A DNA stretch of 63,331 nt, the filler included, from Octopus bimaculoides (lineage: Eukaryota), in assembly GCF_001194135.2 (NCBI RefSeq). It is 5 parts of 4 records of this genome, joined end to end, with 100 filler letters (N's around TTAATTAATTAA, not from the genome) between each part and the next. Parts side by side here need not be neighbours in the genome. Positions count along the whole stretch, not along the records: positions 1 to 27,356 come from NC_068993.1; positions 27,457 to 39,034 come from NC_068981.1; 3 more parts are not named here. One strand, 5' to 3'. The position numbers and the translations under genes were made by a program. Of the stretch, positions 24,641 to 37,144 are shown piece by piece. Numbering within the stretch: the stretch's first letter is position 1; every line of letters begins with the position of its first letter. The notes under the pieces are model-generated. The model saw only the letters and a list, made by a program, of their open reading frames with translations. It was not told the DNA's origin and ran no database searches.

Positions 24641-25259
24641 TCGTGGTGTTTGAAATCGAATGGATATAGTTGAGAGTTTGACTCATGGCTTCCCGCTGTC
24701 TAAATAGCACCCGAACTGTATTCACTCGTGTTAATTGTTACTCAAACACTGGAGATGGTTACGGGAGTCCCTATGTGGATGATATACATGCTAGAAATGT
24801 CAGCTAATTCTCCCTTAGACTACACTCTATTACCTTAAAAATACAGAACACTTTAGTTAATGTGAAAAAAAAAAACCCCAGATGGCCACGGCTGAAATGC
24901 CTTTATAATAAGTCTGCTTGATGAAGTCTGATTTCGAGCAAAGCAACTATAACATCATAACATCTAAAGAGCTAAATCTATACGTTGCCAAGTTTAATCC
25001 TTACCTGGGGGTACTGTGTCAGATAATGGCGACGACGATGAGTCTCTGAGATAAGGTAATGAAGAGTTTACTTCCAAAGAACTTTAACTCAAATATCTAA
25101 TGCAATTGAATTGCTTTCAATAAACTTTTATTTCCATTAAGTAATGAGTTAATGGCAGTATTTAGTTGCACCTTTTCCAGTTCTGAGTTCAAATCTCGTT
25201 AAAAAGTAAATTCTGTGCAGTTAGCTTTTTCTTTTCCTAGGAAGCGATTGAACCCACTA

Positions 25260-25620
25260 TGTCCACCTTCGTCCAAATATTTAACGAATCGAGGCAGCCG
25301 TGACTATCCTGCTACAACAGTCCACCATTAATCAGTCTGTGGGTTGCTGCAACAGTCCACCATTGTCTCGCTATCGTCTGCCACAACATTCCAGCATTAT
25401 TCTACCTATCGTCTGCTACCATAGCCCATAACTGCTCTATCCGTTGTCTGCCACTGCAGTCCAAAATTGCTCTATGTCCGTCACAACAAATCTACCCTAC
25501 TTCGTCTATCGTCTGCTGCCGCTGTTCACCATTGTCTACTATTACCTTATATGCGTTCTGCCACAGCAACTTACCATTGATTTATCTGTTCTCTGCCGCG
25601 ATGGTCCACTACATGGTGTA
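25260..25620. repeat. Degenerate minisatellite, about 29-35-bp unit (CTATCGTCTGCCACAACAGTCCACCATT)
   Basis: Recurrent CTATCGTCTGC and AACAGTCCACCATT motifs. Confidence 0.8.
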
Positions 25621-27297
25621 CTCACCACTTCTGTATCGGCGATGTTATGTAATAACAGCTAGTTGGATTTCTTTTTCTCACATAGTTAACTCCATTAACA
25701 CCACCATTATGGTTATCTGCAATATTAATAAATATTTCCACCATTATCTTCACTTCCACGATCTTTATCAGCTCCATGAACGCTATCAATGCTATCATCA
25801 TCCCCACCACCATCGTTACCATCTACACTGCCACCATTATTAACAGCGCCACAACTCCACCACCAGCATGATGACAACACAGCCATGACTACCACTAATA
25901 ATTCCATATACATTACAATCAATAACACCACCACCACCACCACCACCACCAATACAACTAACGCCATTATATCACCANNNNNNNNNNNNNNNNNNNNNNN
26001 NNNNNNNNNNNNNNNNNNNNNNNNNNNNNNNNNNNNNNNNNNNNNNNNNNNNNNNNNNNNNNNNNNNNNNNNNNNNNNNNNNNNNNNNNNNNNNNNNNNN
26101 NNNNNNNNNNNNNNNNNNNNNNNNNNNNNNNNNNNNNNNNNNNNNNNNNNNNNNNNNNNNNNNNNNNNNNNNNNNNNNNNNNNNNNNNNNNNNNNNNNNN
26201 NNNNNNNNNNNNNNNNNNNNNNNNNNNNNNNNNNNNNNNNNNNNNNNNNNNNNNNNNNNNNNNNNNNNNNNNNNNNNNNNNNNNNNNNNNNNNNNNNNNN
26301 NNNNNNNNNNNNNNNNNNNNNNNNNNNNNNNNNNNNNNNNNNNNNNNNNNNNNNNNNNNNNNNNNNNNNNNNNNNNNNNNNNNNNNNNNNNNNNNNNNNN
26401 NNNNNNNNNNNNNNNNNNNNNNNNNNNNNNNNNNNNNNNNNNNNNNNNNNNNNNNNNNNNNNNNNNNNNNNNNNNNNNNNNNNNNNNNNNNNNNNNNNNN
26501 NNNNNNNNNNNNNNNNNNNNNNNNNNNNNCCTTCCTTCCTTCTTTCTTTCTTTCTTTCTTAACCTCTTTCTTTCCGTTTCATTTTTTTCCCTTCACCACG
26601 ACCGCCGCCGCCGCCGCCGCTATTGCTAACACTATTAAGTGATAGGTTTGTCCTCCGTCACCCATTCCCCACCTCTCTTCCCCGACTAGACATTCGGGTC
26701 ATTCCAGGCAATATGAAAAAGCAAAAAAAAAAAAAAAATTTTCATTCTTTCCTTTTGTCGTCTGCGCGTATGTGTAGGTATGTGTCGGTCTCGTCTGCCT
26801 GTCTCAATCTGTGCGCTCGCGCGTGTATGAGTGGCAGTGTGCGTGTATATGTGTGTGTCTGCGTGTGTGAGTATTTTAGCTTCATACGCGCCATTGTTAA
26901 AAATTTCCATTTTAATATAATCAGCGACCGGATAATTGTTTCCTCACTTCCTCAAAATCTCACTCCTTTATATTTTTTTACAGTCTTCATACTCTCCCCT
27001 CTTTCTCTCACTTTCTCAGTCTCTCACAACCTCTGTCTGTCTGTCCATCCGTCCGTCCGTCCGTCTGTCTGTCTCTCTGACTGTCTGTCTGTATGGCTGT
27101 CCGTCTGTTTAAGTCTATCTGTATTTGCAGCTGCCTTTTCCATTCAACGTGGACACGTATAGAATTAAGGTGTTGTCGGGCGTAAGATATCATTTTTTTC
27201 CCGGTCCCCCAGGTTAAAAAACATAGATGCTCAAAAAAATGAAAACAGACACAGAACGTCACCACATATTATGTATATATTATGTATATACGTATAA

Positions 27298-27356
<59 letters not shown>

Positions 27357-27456
27357 NNNNNNNNNNNNNNNNNNNNNNNNNNNNNNNNNNNNNNNNNNNN
27401 TTAATTAATTAANNNNNNNNNNNNNNNNNNNNNNNNNNNNNNNNNNNNNNNNNNNN
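27357..27456. other. Artificial scaffold spacer 44N-TTAATTAATTAA-44N (also at 39035-39134, 51971-52070, 59553-59652)
   Basis: Identical 100-bp structure four times; the 12-mer places stop codons in all six frames. Confidence 0.95.
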
Positions 27457-28829
27457 TATATGTATGTATGTATATGTATATAATGAGAGAGAGAGATAGA
27501 CAGAGACAGACAGACAGACAGATAGAGACAGAGAATTAACGGATACACGCGCTTCACCTCAGACGTCTTAATTCTTAAAAAAAAGTCGTATGATTGTATA
27601 TCATTATATTCCAATGATGTGCAGCTGTATCATTACTTCATTTTATTAATTAATGTTGAGACAGCTATCCTCTGACAAGATAAAGCGATCTTTATCATCA
27701 TCATATAAACAAGATCAAATTATAAAATGAGAGACAGAAGAAAAAGACAGATATAGAGAGAAAAAGAGTAAGAATTACATATAGGCGTATAAAAAAATGT
27801 TACATCTGTATGGTGGTATGATTTCATAGATTTTTTCCTTAATTTATTTGTTCTTCTTTTGTTCTTTTATCTTTTACTTGTTTCAGTCGCTAGACTGCGG
27901 CCATGAAGATGTATATTGAAGATGTATATTGCTAAAATATTAAAATGCCCTTTGGTGTAATCTGGATACAATTTCAGTTTTAAATACAAATGACTCCTTC
28001 TCTGAGAATGAATATAGGTTCTAGTATCTTATGAATAGAACTCACCACCACCACTTTTATTTCTTTAAAACTTTTCTGTAGGTCTAGTAACTCCTTAGTA
28101 TCCACACAATAATCCTCTAGGAAATATACTCACCAACCTCTCTGCTGTATCGGCAAACGCATTGAACAAAACACTGCAAACTTATATTATTCCTAGACTT
28201 TTATCGGCTAATCAAGCCAATAGGTGAGTGTTCGCCGCTTGATCGATATATGTATTAAATATTACATGACTACCGTTGTCGCTTATGCTAATAAAGCTTT
28301 AATCCGTATCATTAAATATACACAAATCTATCAATACACATGAAATGATTAAACAGTAGCTGCGCAGTTGAAAGTCTCTTTATATAAATCATTCGTTATT
28401 TACAAGACATCTTAATTCTAATAAGAGAGAATCATTGAGAGGGGAGGAGAAGGAGAAAGAGAGAATTGAGAAGGGACGAAAATAAAAATTCAATAAGGGT
28501 CATAGTATAAGATTTGGTAATTGTGTATTGCAACGAAGTTAAATAAACCTTTGATATTTGGATGCTGGAAGATCGATGCCTGGACGCTAGTTGCTCTTAT
28601 TAACTGAGTAAAGTAATTGGTTAGGAGAAATATTTTTAGTTATATTACTTACAAATATTCGAGTAAAAAAAACGAGATAAAGAAAACAAAGACAAATCAA
28701 ATATAACAAAATTGTATGTTCTGTTGTTTAATTTCGTATAATTAGTCTAATACACCTTGACAGAAGACGCGTTACTAAATCGAAGAGAACGAAAAGAAAT
28801 TGTACACAAATAATTGTTTTCAGTATCAG

Positions 28830-29230
28830 TTTTAAACTTCCTTCCTATCCTTGGAGCATTCGTTGATGATATCGTAACTAGATTTTGCCACTTCTTTTTG
28901 TCTTTTACTGTCTTCTGTGAGTCGGCGAAATTGAGGCCTGTAACCCGGACGACGACCGATTCGGTTTGGGTTCTGGTCTGGCTGTCATCATCATTAATAT
29001 ATCACGAGCAAGTGAGTTTATTTGGCACCCATTTCTCTCCAAACTGTTAACCTCATCCGTATGCCTCTATCTGAAACACACCTTGGCCCCGAAAACTAAG
29101 CCGTTGACCTGAGCAGGGTCCGTCACCTGAGCCGGTGATTCCTTGGGGAGCCTTACCCGAAGTCTTTCTCCTACTGGCTAAGCCAGACATTCTCCTAGAT
29201 AGTTTGAAGCACCAGTTGTTTCTACATTCC
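28830..29230 (-). mobile_element. RTE-like LINE 3' fragment
   Basis: VTGLNFADSQKTVKDKKKWQNLVTISSTNAPR resembles the RT-ORF C-terminal TGL...DRxxWxxLV motif; upstream IEAY. Confidence 0.6.
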
Positions 29231-29299
29231 TTCTCCAATTTTTAACTCCTTCCCTCTTCGCTCATCTCACTAAAAAAATTTAATTATTCGCAAACGGTA

Positions 29300-29985
29300 G
29301 ACTTGATCTCCAACTTAATGTAGAAGTTGTGTTAGAACACAGAATACTGAGTTATTAACTTTGAGAGGATCTCTCATATGGACTTGTGGTGTATAAAAGC
29401 ACTCGTGTTTATATCGTTGACAGATGAGAAATCGTTTGCTACGACCGCGGAACTGCCAGATCACGTGATTTTGCGCTGTTATGGGCTCCTCAGGTGCAGA
29501 TATCCAGCAGCAACATAACCGAATCTCCAAACCTAGATGCATTGAAAGGAATTTATATAGGCAATGGAGTCACCAATAGTCAATGAGATTATTAAAAATA
29601 ACTGCGACAGAAGCAGCATTAATACCAAAACATGGAGTTTGTGTTAGAACACAGAATACAGCGTTATTTATCTTGAGAGGATCTCTCATATGAACTCGTG
29701 GTGCATAAGAGCACTCGTATTTATATCGTTGACAGCCAACGGAACTGCCAGATCACGTGATTTTGCCCTGCTATGGGTTCCTCAACAGACAGTTCCCGTC
29801 TGATAATGATGTGAAAACGAGTGATTTTATGCACTATGAGCCCATGTGAGAGATTCTCTGGAGATGAATAACGCAGTATTCTGTGTTCAAATACAACCAC
29901 CAAGTTAAGTTGGAGATCAAGATTGCCTTTTGGTATTAATACTGTGTCTGTCGCTATTATATGTTATTTTGAATTATTCACGTTG
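29300..29985. mobile_element. MITE-like foldback element (about 29583-29985, long imperfect TIRs) preceded by a truncated sister copy (about 29300-29500)
   Basis: 29817-29922 is the reverse complement of 29301-29408 and of about 29635-29720; 29929-29985 is the reverse complement of about 29583-29630. Confidence 0.8.
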
Positions 29986-30659
29986 CACGTACAATATAAC
30001 AACAATTACTCATTCTTCATCGATTTTAAGCTTAAATGGGCGAATTTAAAATGATTGATTCATTAAAACCACTGAATAATTCAAAAATGCTTTCAACAAC
30101 TACACCAAGAGATTCTCTAACAGACAAAAATTGTATTTATCAAATATCTCGAAGGCGATAATTAATATAAAAAATAGATTTCGGTCCTTGTGATTATTTA
30201 GTGATTCAAGTTGTTAGAGAGGATTAATGGCTGCGTCAGTCTTTGAGATACGAGAAGTGGGTAGTATGTGACTGTAGTTGCCTTTTTTGATAATGGATCA
30301 CACTCTTTGCATATTTTCAAAAATTGAGATAAATCCTACAGAATGGAAGTGTGTGTGTATGTGTACGTACGTGTGCCCGCGCATATGTGCGCATGTACGT
30401 GTGTATGTGCCTGTGAGAGAAAGAGAGAGATACATAAAAATGAGATAAATAGATGATATATGTATATATATATATATNNNNNNNNNNNNNNNNNNNNNNN
30501 NNNNNNNNNNNNNNNNNNNNNNNNNNNNNNNNNNNNNNNNNNNNNNNNNNNNNNNNNNNNNNNNNNNNNNNNNNNNNNNNNNNNNNNNNNNNNNNNNNNN
30601 NNNNNNNNNNNNNNNNNNNNNNNNNNNNNNNNNNNNNTATATACACATATATGTAGAGA

Positions 30660-31050
30660 GAGAGGTGGAGCAAGAGACATTGAAGAGTTTGATGAGGATA
30701 TAAAGATTAACTCTGGGGTATATTGAGGATAATAGAAGTGATATTGTCAGAGTCAGTGCTCTTATTGGATTGAAGTGAACAGAGGAACTTTTCACACTTG
30801 TCGTGTAAAAGGGAACCTAGGAAATGATACTGCTTGTTGATAGTTATCTAGTGCGTGAATTATGGAGTTGAAGGAGATCAAACATTGAACTTGAGAAGTG
30901 GGGGAAAAGTGGGATTTTACAATGTTAGGTAAGATTCCTTGGGAAAAGGATCAAAAGTGAAGGCTGTAGTTAGGTAAGCAGAAAGCTTGTAAGTAGTGCA
31001 ATGCATGGAGGTACCCTGCAATGGATAGTCTTGTAGGAGTTGCAGTGCTG
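30660..31050 (-). mobile_element. Penelope-like RT N-terminal fragment; a collinear upstream piece may lie at about 31490-31690
   Basis: LSAYLTTAF, LISFNSIIHALDNY and PFTRQV*K resemble the ISAYLD...LPSYIKDTNHAL...LFTxDVxSLYT blocks. Confidence 0.55.
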
Positions 31051-32889
31051 AGTAAGTGTCATTTAATTTATACTTGCGAATGATTTTCTCCCAAGGTTCT
31101 AAGCCGTGTTTTTTGGCCTGAAATTCTGCAGCACAACAGTGAGCGACTCACTTAGGTGGCTTGGGGTTGCAAGTTTATTTTACTTGTAGGAAGCGGAGAG
31201 GCATGCTCAAGCAGGCATGGGCACACTGAGCAGTTGCTCAGGGGACTCTCGGGTCTAGGGGTCCAATTCTGACCTATATACTCTGTGTTTTACTGTCAAT
31301 AAATATATACTATAGGGCTCAGTACATTGATTTTCCCGGGAGCCTATAATGCTGCTAAGACAGCCCCGTGCTGAAGAGGATGATTTCAGTCCCGCTTAGC
31401 TGTTTCTGATGAGTGAAGCATGAAGAACACGTGCTGCCAGTAATTAGCATAGATCTGACAGTACTTCTGGCAGATCTATGCTAACTATTGTTAGATAACT
31501 AGGCATCTGATTTGAAGTACTTTAGTATCCGGGATGTAGACGAGCGTCGTGTTGTATGTGTGATGGATAGTCGCGATAAGGCAGTGGTCCAACGACTCAA
31601 TAAGTGCAGAGATGGTGCTGGTCTGACAAAGGTTAGGTTTAGAGATGGAAAAGGGATAAGGGTATTTTGAGAATCTTTGATCAGTCTGGGANNNNNNNNN
31701 NNNNNNNNNNNNNNNNNNNNNNNNNNNNNNNNNNNNNNNNNNNNNNNNNNNNNNNNNNNNNNNNNNNNNNNNNNNNNNNNNNNNNNNNNNNNNNNNNNNN
31801 NNNNNNNNNNNNNNNNNNNNNNNNNNNNNNNNNNNNNNNNNNNNNNNNNNNNNNNNNNNNNNNNNNNNNNNNNNNNNNNNNNNNNNNNNNNNNNNNNNNN
31901 NNNNNNNNNNNNNNNNNNNNNNNNNNNNNNNNNNNNNNNNNNNNNNNNNNNNNNNNNNNNNNNNNNNNNNNNNNNNNNNNNNNNNNNNNNNNNNNNNNNN
32001 NNNNNNNNNNNNNNNNNNNNNNNNNNNNNNNNNNNNNNNNNNNNNNNNNNNNNNNNNNNNNNNNNNNNNNNNNNNNNNNNNNNNNNNNNNNNNATTACCC
32101 TTTAGATCGAAGTTTAAGTAAAGAGTATAAGTCTTCATGGATTATAAATTGTTTGAAAAATTTGTATCACGGAGAGAAATAAGATGTGTAGTTTGTATGA
32201 GATCAGTGGGTTATGTAAAAAGTCTCGGTTGCACGTGAGTCAACAGATGATAGAGAAAATGAGAGGGAATTATCTAATGAGTTTCCTTTCCTTTTTTTTT
32301 TTTTTCTACTTAGCATGTAGGAACATTTTAAAATTGACAATGTGTCGTGAAGTAGCGATAACCCCTGCCGAGAACCTGGTACAAATGTGCTTGCAACAGA
32401 GGGAACTCCACTAAAAGTACCCGTAGTTCAACTGGTGGTGTTAAACCGAGCTGCATCATATGCCTACCACCTAAAAACTTCTGATCCTCCGTGGCTGTAT
32501 TACCTAATGTATCAATTCTTTGTAAGACAGTAGGATGTGATGCAAAGGAGATTTGGTTGCTGTTTCAAGCTGGTGTGGAGGCCACATAGAGGCTTTTTCG
32601 GTGACTCAGTAACGTCTTTGTTGACCCAGTTACTTCTTACATGTCACAATACAGAAAAATGAATAACAGAAATAACTATTTTGTTTACAATAATTGAACT
32701 TTAGATCACGGCCCAACCTTGTAATCCTCTTATTTTCTCGTCGCAAAACATTTCTCAGTAATCTGTTTGAATGACTGGCCACCGTAGTGAAGTATCAATA
32801 CTTATCTGTTGCACAGGCTGTTGTCTTCACTGAACGACAATCCCTACAAATCCTTCATATAGAAATATTTATCAATATAATTCACAGAT

Positions 32890-33015
32890 GAGTATTCTTT
32901 TTACTTGTTTCAGTCATTTGACTGCGGCCATGCTGGAGCACCGCCATGATATTAAACAAATCGACCTCAGGACTTATTTCTCAAGCCTAGTACTTATTCT
33001 ATCGTTCCATACGAA
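32890..33015 (-). mobile_element. SINE family B 3' fragment
   Basis: TTTTACTTGTTTCAGTCATTTGACTGCGGCCATGCTGGAGCACCGCC. Confidence 0.85.
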
Positions 33016-33436
33016 TTTTGCCCGGCTCCATCTCACACATCGACCGCATGGAACCAACTATTACATGAAAAACCGCTCACGTCGACTTTCATCACGTCGC
33101 CCGTCACACATCGTCTTCCAGCAAGAACTTTATTTTTAATTAACCATTAGGGTCAAAACATAGATGGGACATCACAAGTGCATGCAAAACATAGGAGAGG
33201 GGGAAAATCGAATGAAAAATGAATATATGGAAAAAATGAAAGGATGGAATGACGACCACTCGAGCCTCACTCCTGAGCAGTGCATTGAACCTTTAATTAC
33301 TCAGTCAAAGTCAAACACTTTTCAAAAATCAATCAAACCACGTACTCCTAGATGTCGTTGTACTCCACTTCATGAGTCAATGCATCCATGTACACCTCTA
33401 TGTATAAATCCGCAATGCCTGGCCCGAAATTTTGTT

Positions 33437-34760
33437 TTAGTCTTTTGAAATCACTTTCATCCACCAGCACACATATGGAGTAGAGTCCTCTAAATTTACC
33501 TTTATAGTAGACTTTAATTTTTTAATTTTTCTCACCAGTTTGCTATTTCTCGAATCGTACGTCAAGGTTAGTCTTTTTTCCCTTAGGGGTGGGTGTTGGG
33601 GGTGATAAAATGTCGTGTTTGCATGTGTTTCCGTGGGGGGGGGGATTAGTGGCGGGTAGGCAGGAAGGCGATTGGTATTTGCATTGGGGGACNNNNNNNN
33701 NNNNNNNNNNNNNNNNNNNNNNNNNNNNNNNNNNNNNNNNNNNNNNNNNNNNNNNNNNNNNNNNNNNNNNNNNNNNNNNNNNNNNNNNNNNNNNNNNNNN
33801 NNNNNNNNNNNNNNNNNNNNNNNNNNNNNNNNNNNNNNNNNNNNNNNNNNNNNNNNNNNNNNNNNNNNNNNNNNNNNNNNNNNNNNNNNNNNNNNNNNNN
33901 NNNNNNNNNNNNNNNNNNNNNNNNNNNNNNNNNNNNNNNNNNNNNNNNNNNNNNNNNNNNNNNNNNNNNNNNNNNNNNNNNNNNNNNNNNNNNNNNNNGC
34001 AATCTGCTCTAATGTGACCTTTCTGACCACACTTGAAACATCGCGGCTTCCTGCTCTCTACTAACACTCAATTTTCTGTCAATGGTGTCAACTATGTTCT
34101 TTAGCACTTCTGGGGAAGCCTGGATGGTCATTTCAACCCTCTTCCTTTGCTAGTTGCGCTGCAGGACTTTGATAATTTGGAGGATGGAGATTTTATCCTC
34201 CATTCCTATTAGAATAGCTGCCACAATCCAGCCAACCTCCACTTCCGGCGGTATCTCCTCCACCCTTACCCTGGAAGCATGTCTCCCAAGGTAAGTTAGG
34301 AGGAGCACCACCTCTGTCGTATTTTTGGAGGCCATAGAATAATACTTGGTCCTTTCTTCTGTTTTAAACCGCACCTCCACTGTGGTGTACTTGCTTCCTC
34401 TGCTAACGTAAGTAATATCGCTCCATATGTTTTTCAGACATTTTCCCTTTTTTCCTTTTATCCTTTTCTTTTCGAAATCAAACGTTTTATACACAATTGT
34501 TTCTTTTTCTACTCTATGACTTACTTCTTTGGCGGGGTCACAACAATTTCGTGCGCTTCTCTTTTTATTAAATGTTTGAATTTCTCCAACTCTTCCTTAC
34601 TTATTTGTACCTCCTCTCTCGAATTACCAGCCACTGCTGGAAAACTCTTTCCTCCCGTCACCTTGTCGATACTAAGAGGACTCTATGTCGGAATAGACTG
34701 CATAACAACACAACGTTCTCCCCCTCAAACCAGGTGGAAAATGGTAACAAATCCACCGAA
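33437..34760 (-). mobile_element. Decayed gag/ORF1-like retroelement ORF with a CCHC zinc knuckle
   Basis: RKPRCFKCGQKGHIRADC (CX2CX4HX4C) downstream of an RRM-like segment (VEVRF...YLGRHASRVRVEEIPPEVEVGWI); stops and frameshifts present; no RT seen nearby. Confidence 0.8.
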
Positions 34761-35069
34761 AGGCAGACAAAACAAAATGTTCACACTAAAACTTTTCAAC
34801 AATATTTAACCGTAACAGCACCTTTCAATCATGAAAAAATAACACTAACCGCTGAGGAAAACCTTTTACGTTATGGAACTAGCACGAACTCACTCGCAAG
34901 AGTACTTTTTATACTTTGCTCACAGCGTACCAAAATCACACATGACCACAAAGAATTTTTTTTTCGTCTTCGCTTGCAAAACCAAAGAACAATGTTCTAA
35001 TTCGTGTCATACGAATGAGATATTATCTGAATATAATTTGATTTTTTGTTTGTAACAATAGTAATAATA

Positions 35070-35286
35070 ATGGTTTCAAATTTTGGCACAAGGTTAGCAA
35101 TTTTAGGGAAGGGGACAAATTGATTTCATCGACGCCAGAGTTCAACTCGTACTTATTTTATCGATCCCGAAAGAATGAAAGGCAAAGTTGACCTCGGCGG
35201 AATTTGAACTCAGAACGTAAAGACGAGCGAAACGCCGTCAATAATTCTTCCCGGCGTGCTAACGATTCTGCCAGCTCGCCGCCTTA
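35070..35286 (-). mobile_element. SINE family A, full copy
   Basis: Matches other family A copies. Confidence 0.9.
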
Positions 35287-35302
35287 ATAAAAGTAATAAT
35301 AA

Positions 35303-35680
35303 TAACAAGAGCACTCAGAGAGCGCAAACCTCCTCCAACGCAACACCAACGTCCTCTCAACGAATAACCGGAGATGATTTTTAAAATGAGAATATCTGAA
35401 AGAAACTCGACTACTCTCACAAATGAGAATACTAAAAATGAACCTGACCGCTCTCAAAAATTAAGTAACAAAAAACAAAAACAGAAAAATAATCCAGAAT
35501 CCTTGTCCAGTACCGAATCGATCCCAAAATCTATTCAGTTCGTGCCAGTCACGAAGCCAAACATCCTTGAAAGTTTCATCCGAATCCATCGAGAAATTCT
35601 TGAGATATCTTGTCCACGGACAAACAAACAAACAAACACGACTGAAAACAACACTTCCGCCTTAACGAAGACCGAGGTAA
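35303..35680 (+). mobile_element. Non-autonomous Helentron/DINE-like element
   Basis: Begins AACAAGAG; contains TGAAAGTTTCATCCGAATCC...TTGAGATATCTTG, a (CAAA)n tract and a decayed 3' stem-loop CTTCCGCC...GACCGAGG followed by TAAT, the layout of DINE-1/HINE-type elements. Confidence 0.5.
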
Positions 35681-35684
35681 TAAT

Positions 35685-36037
35685 GATTTCAAATTTTTAC
35701 CTCAAGGGCAGCTTGGGGGTTGGGCGTTAAGTCGATTACATCGATCCCAGTGCGTAACTGGTACTTATTTAATCGAAAACGAAAAGATGAAAGGCAAATT
35801 CCACCGCGGCAGAATTGGAACTCAGAACGTAAACAACAACGATAATTCTTTCTACTTTAGGCACAAAACTTGAAATTTTTGCGGAGGGGACTAGTCGATT
35901 AGATCAACCCAGTGTTTCACTGGTACTTAATTTTTCGATCCCGAAAGGATGAAAGGCAAAGTCGACCACGGCGGAATTTGAGCTTAGAATGTAAAGACAA
36001 GTGAAATGCCGTTAAGCATTCTGCCCGGCGTGCTAAC

Positions 36038-36040
<3 letters not shown>
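35685..36040 (-). mobile_element. Two further SINE family A copies in tandem (about 35685-35832 and 35845-36040), followed by (AAT)n
   Basis: Both contain the ...CCCAGTG...ACTGGTACTTA...GAAAGGCAAA... core. Confidence 0.88.
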
Positions 36041-36079
<39 letters not shown>

Positions 36080-36082
<3 letters not shown>

Positions 36083-36630
36083 GCCCTGATGCAGTACCAG
36101 GCAGTGGCTCTCATGGCTTCTGATCTTAACTTACCAAGTACATTGTTTTGTTTTGGTGTAAAAGATGGGCTACAGCAAATATTCTGCTCAGTACCACAGA
36201 TTTGCTTGTCAGTTGTTTGACCTTAACCAGTTGAGCATGTCCCTTGGTGGCTGACTATATGTGCATCTCTGATCACGAGCAGAAGTAGTGGAGGAGCATC
36301 ATAGTCATATGTTGAGAGGAATTCTTTGGGGTTTGGATAATTCACCTTTGCAAACGTGAGTATTTTGTTCATCATCCTTAAACAACCCTTATTCAGGGAC
36401 CTTTTGAGCGGGATGGGCTACTCGACCTGAAGAAAATTCTAACTTGGCCCCACCTGCAAGGTCATGTGCTGTTTACCTTGATATGAGATCACCATGTCGC
36501 ACACATATGGTTGTGATGCATGTGCCTGGTGTACCCTTATCAAACGGATAATCATGATGGGTATACTGGGCTTCGTATATTTTACCCAAGTGTCACTTTG
36601 ATGGCATGCATGCTTTCTCACTGAATAATA
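36080..36630. repeat. About 550-bp interspersed repeat-like element bounded by (AAT)n tracts on both sides
   Basis: Higher-GC block between (AAT)n arrays with no coding signal; repeat status is inferred, not shown within this window. Confidence 0.5.
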
Positions 36631-36756
36631 ATAATAATAATAATAATACGCGTGTAAACATATGCATATTTTTATGTAGCTCATTATCACAGCAAAATTC
36701 TTTCTAATATTTAAATTTATTTCAGTATATCTGATTCATGCTGTATTGTGCAGGTG

Positions 36757-37060
36757 CTTGGCTTAGTGTTTAAGATATTCGGCTCCCTATCGTATGGTCG
36801 TGAGTACTATTCCCGGCAGTGCGTTGCGTCCTTGAGCAAGACACTTTCGCGTTGCCTCAGTTCACTCAGCGGCAAAAATGAGTTGCACCAATATTTCAAA
36901 CTTATCACATTCTGTGTAAAGCTGAATCACCCCAGAGAACTACGTTAAGGGTACCCATGACTGTGAAGTACTCAGCCACTTGCACGTTAATTTGACAAGC
37001 AGGCTGTTCTGTTGATTAGATCAACCGGAACACTCATTGTCGTAACCGACGGAATGCCAG
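36757..37060 (+). mobile_element. SINE family C, older copy, followed by (GT)n 37074-37142
   Basis: Body GAGAACTACGTTAAGGGTA...GCACGTTAATTT..CAAGCAGGCTGTTC matches 61248-61632. Confidence 0.85.
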
Positions 37061-37069
37061 TTTTGTTTG

Positions 37070-37144
<75 letters not shown>

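Noticed and set aside
26590-26900. (GCC)n and CpG-rich stretch as a promoter
   Set aside because: No TSS evidence obtainable from sequence; it lies next to a gap and simple repeats.
27401-27412. TTAATTAATTAA palindrome recurring at 27401, 39079, 52015 and 59597
   Set aside because: Always centred in 44N+44N; an artificial scaffold spacer, not a biological site.
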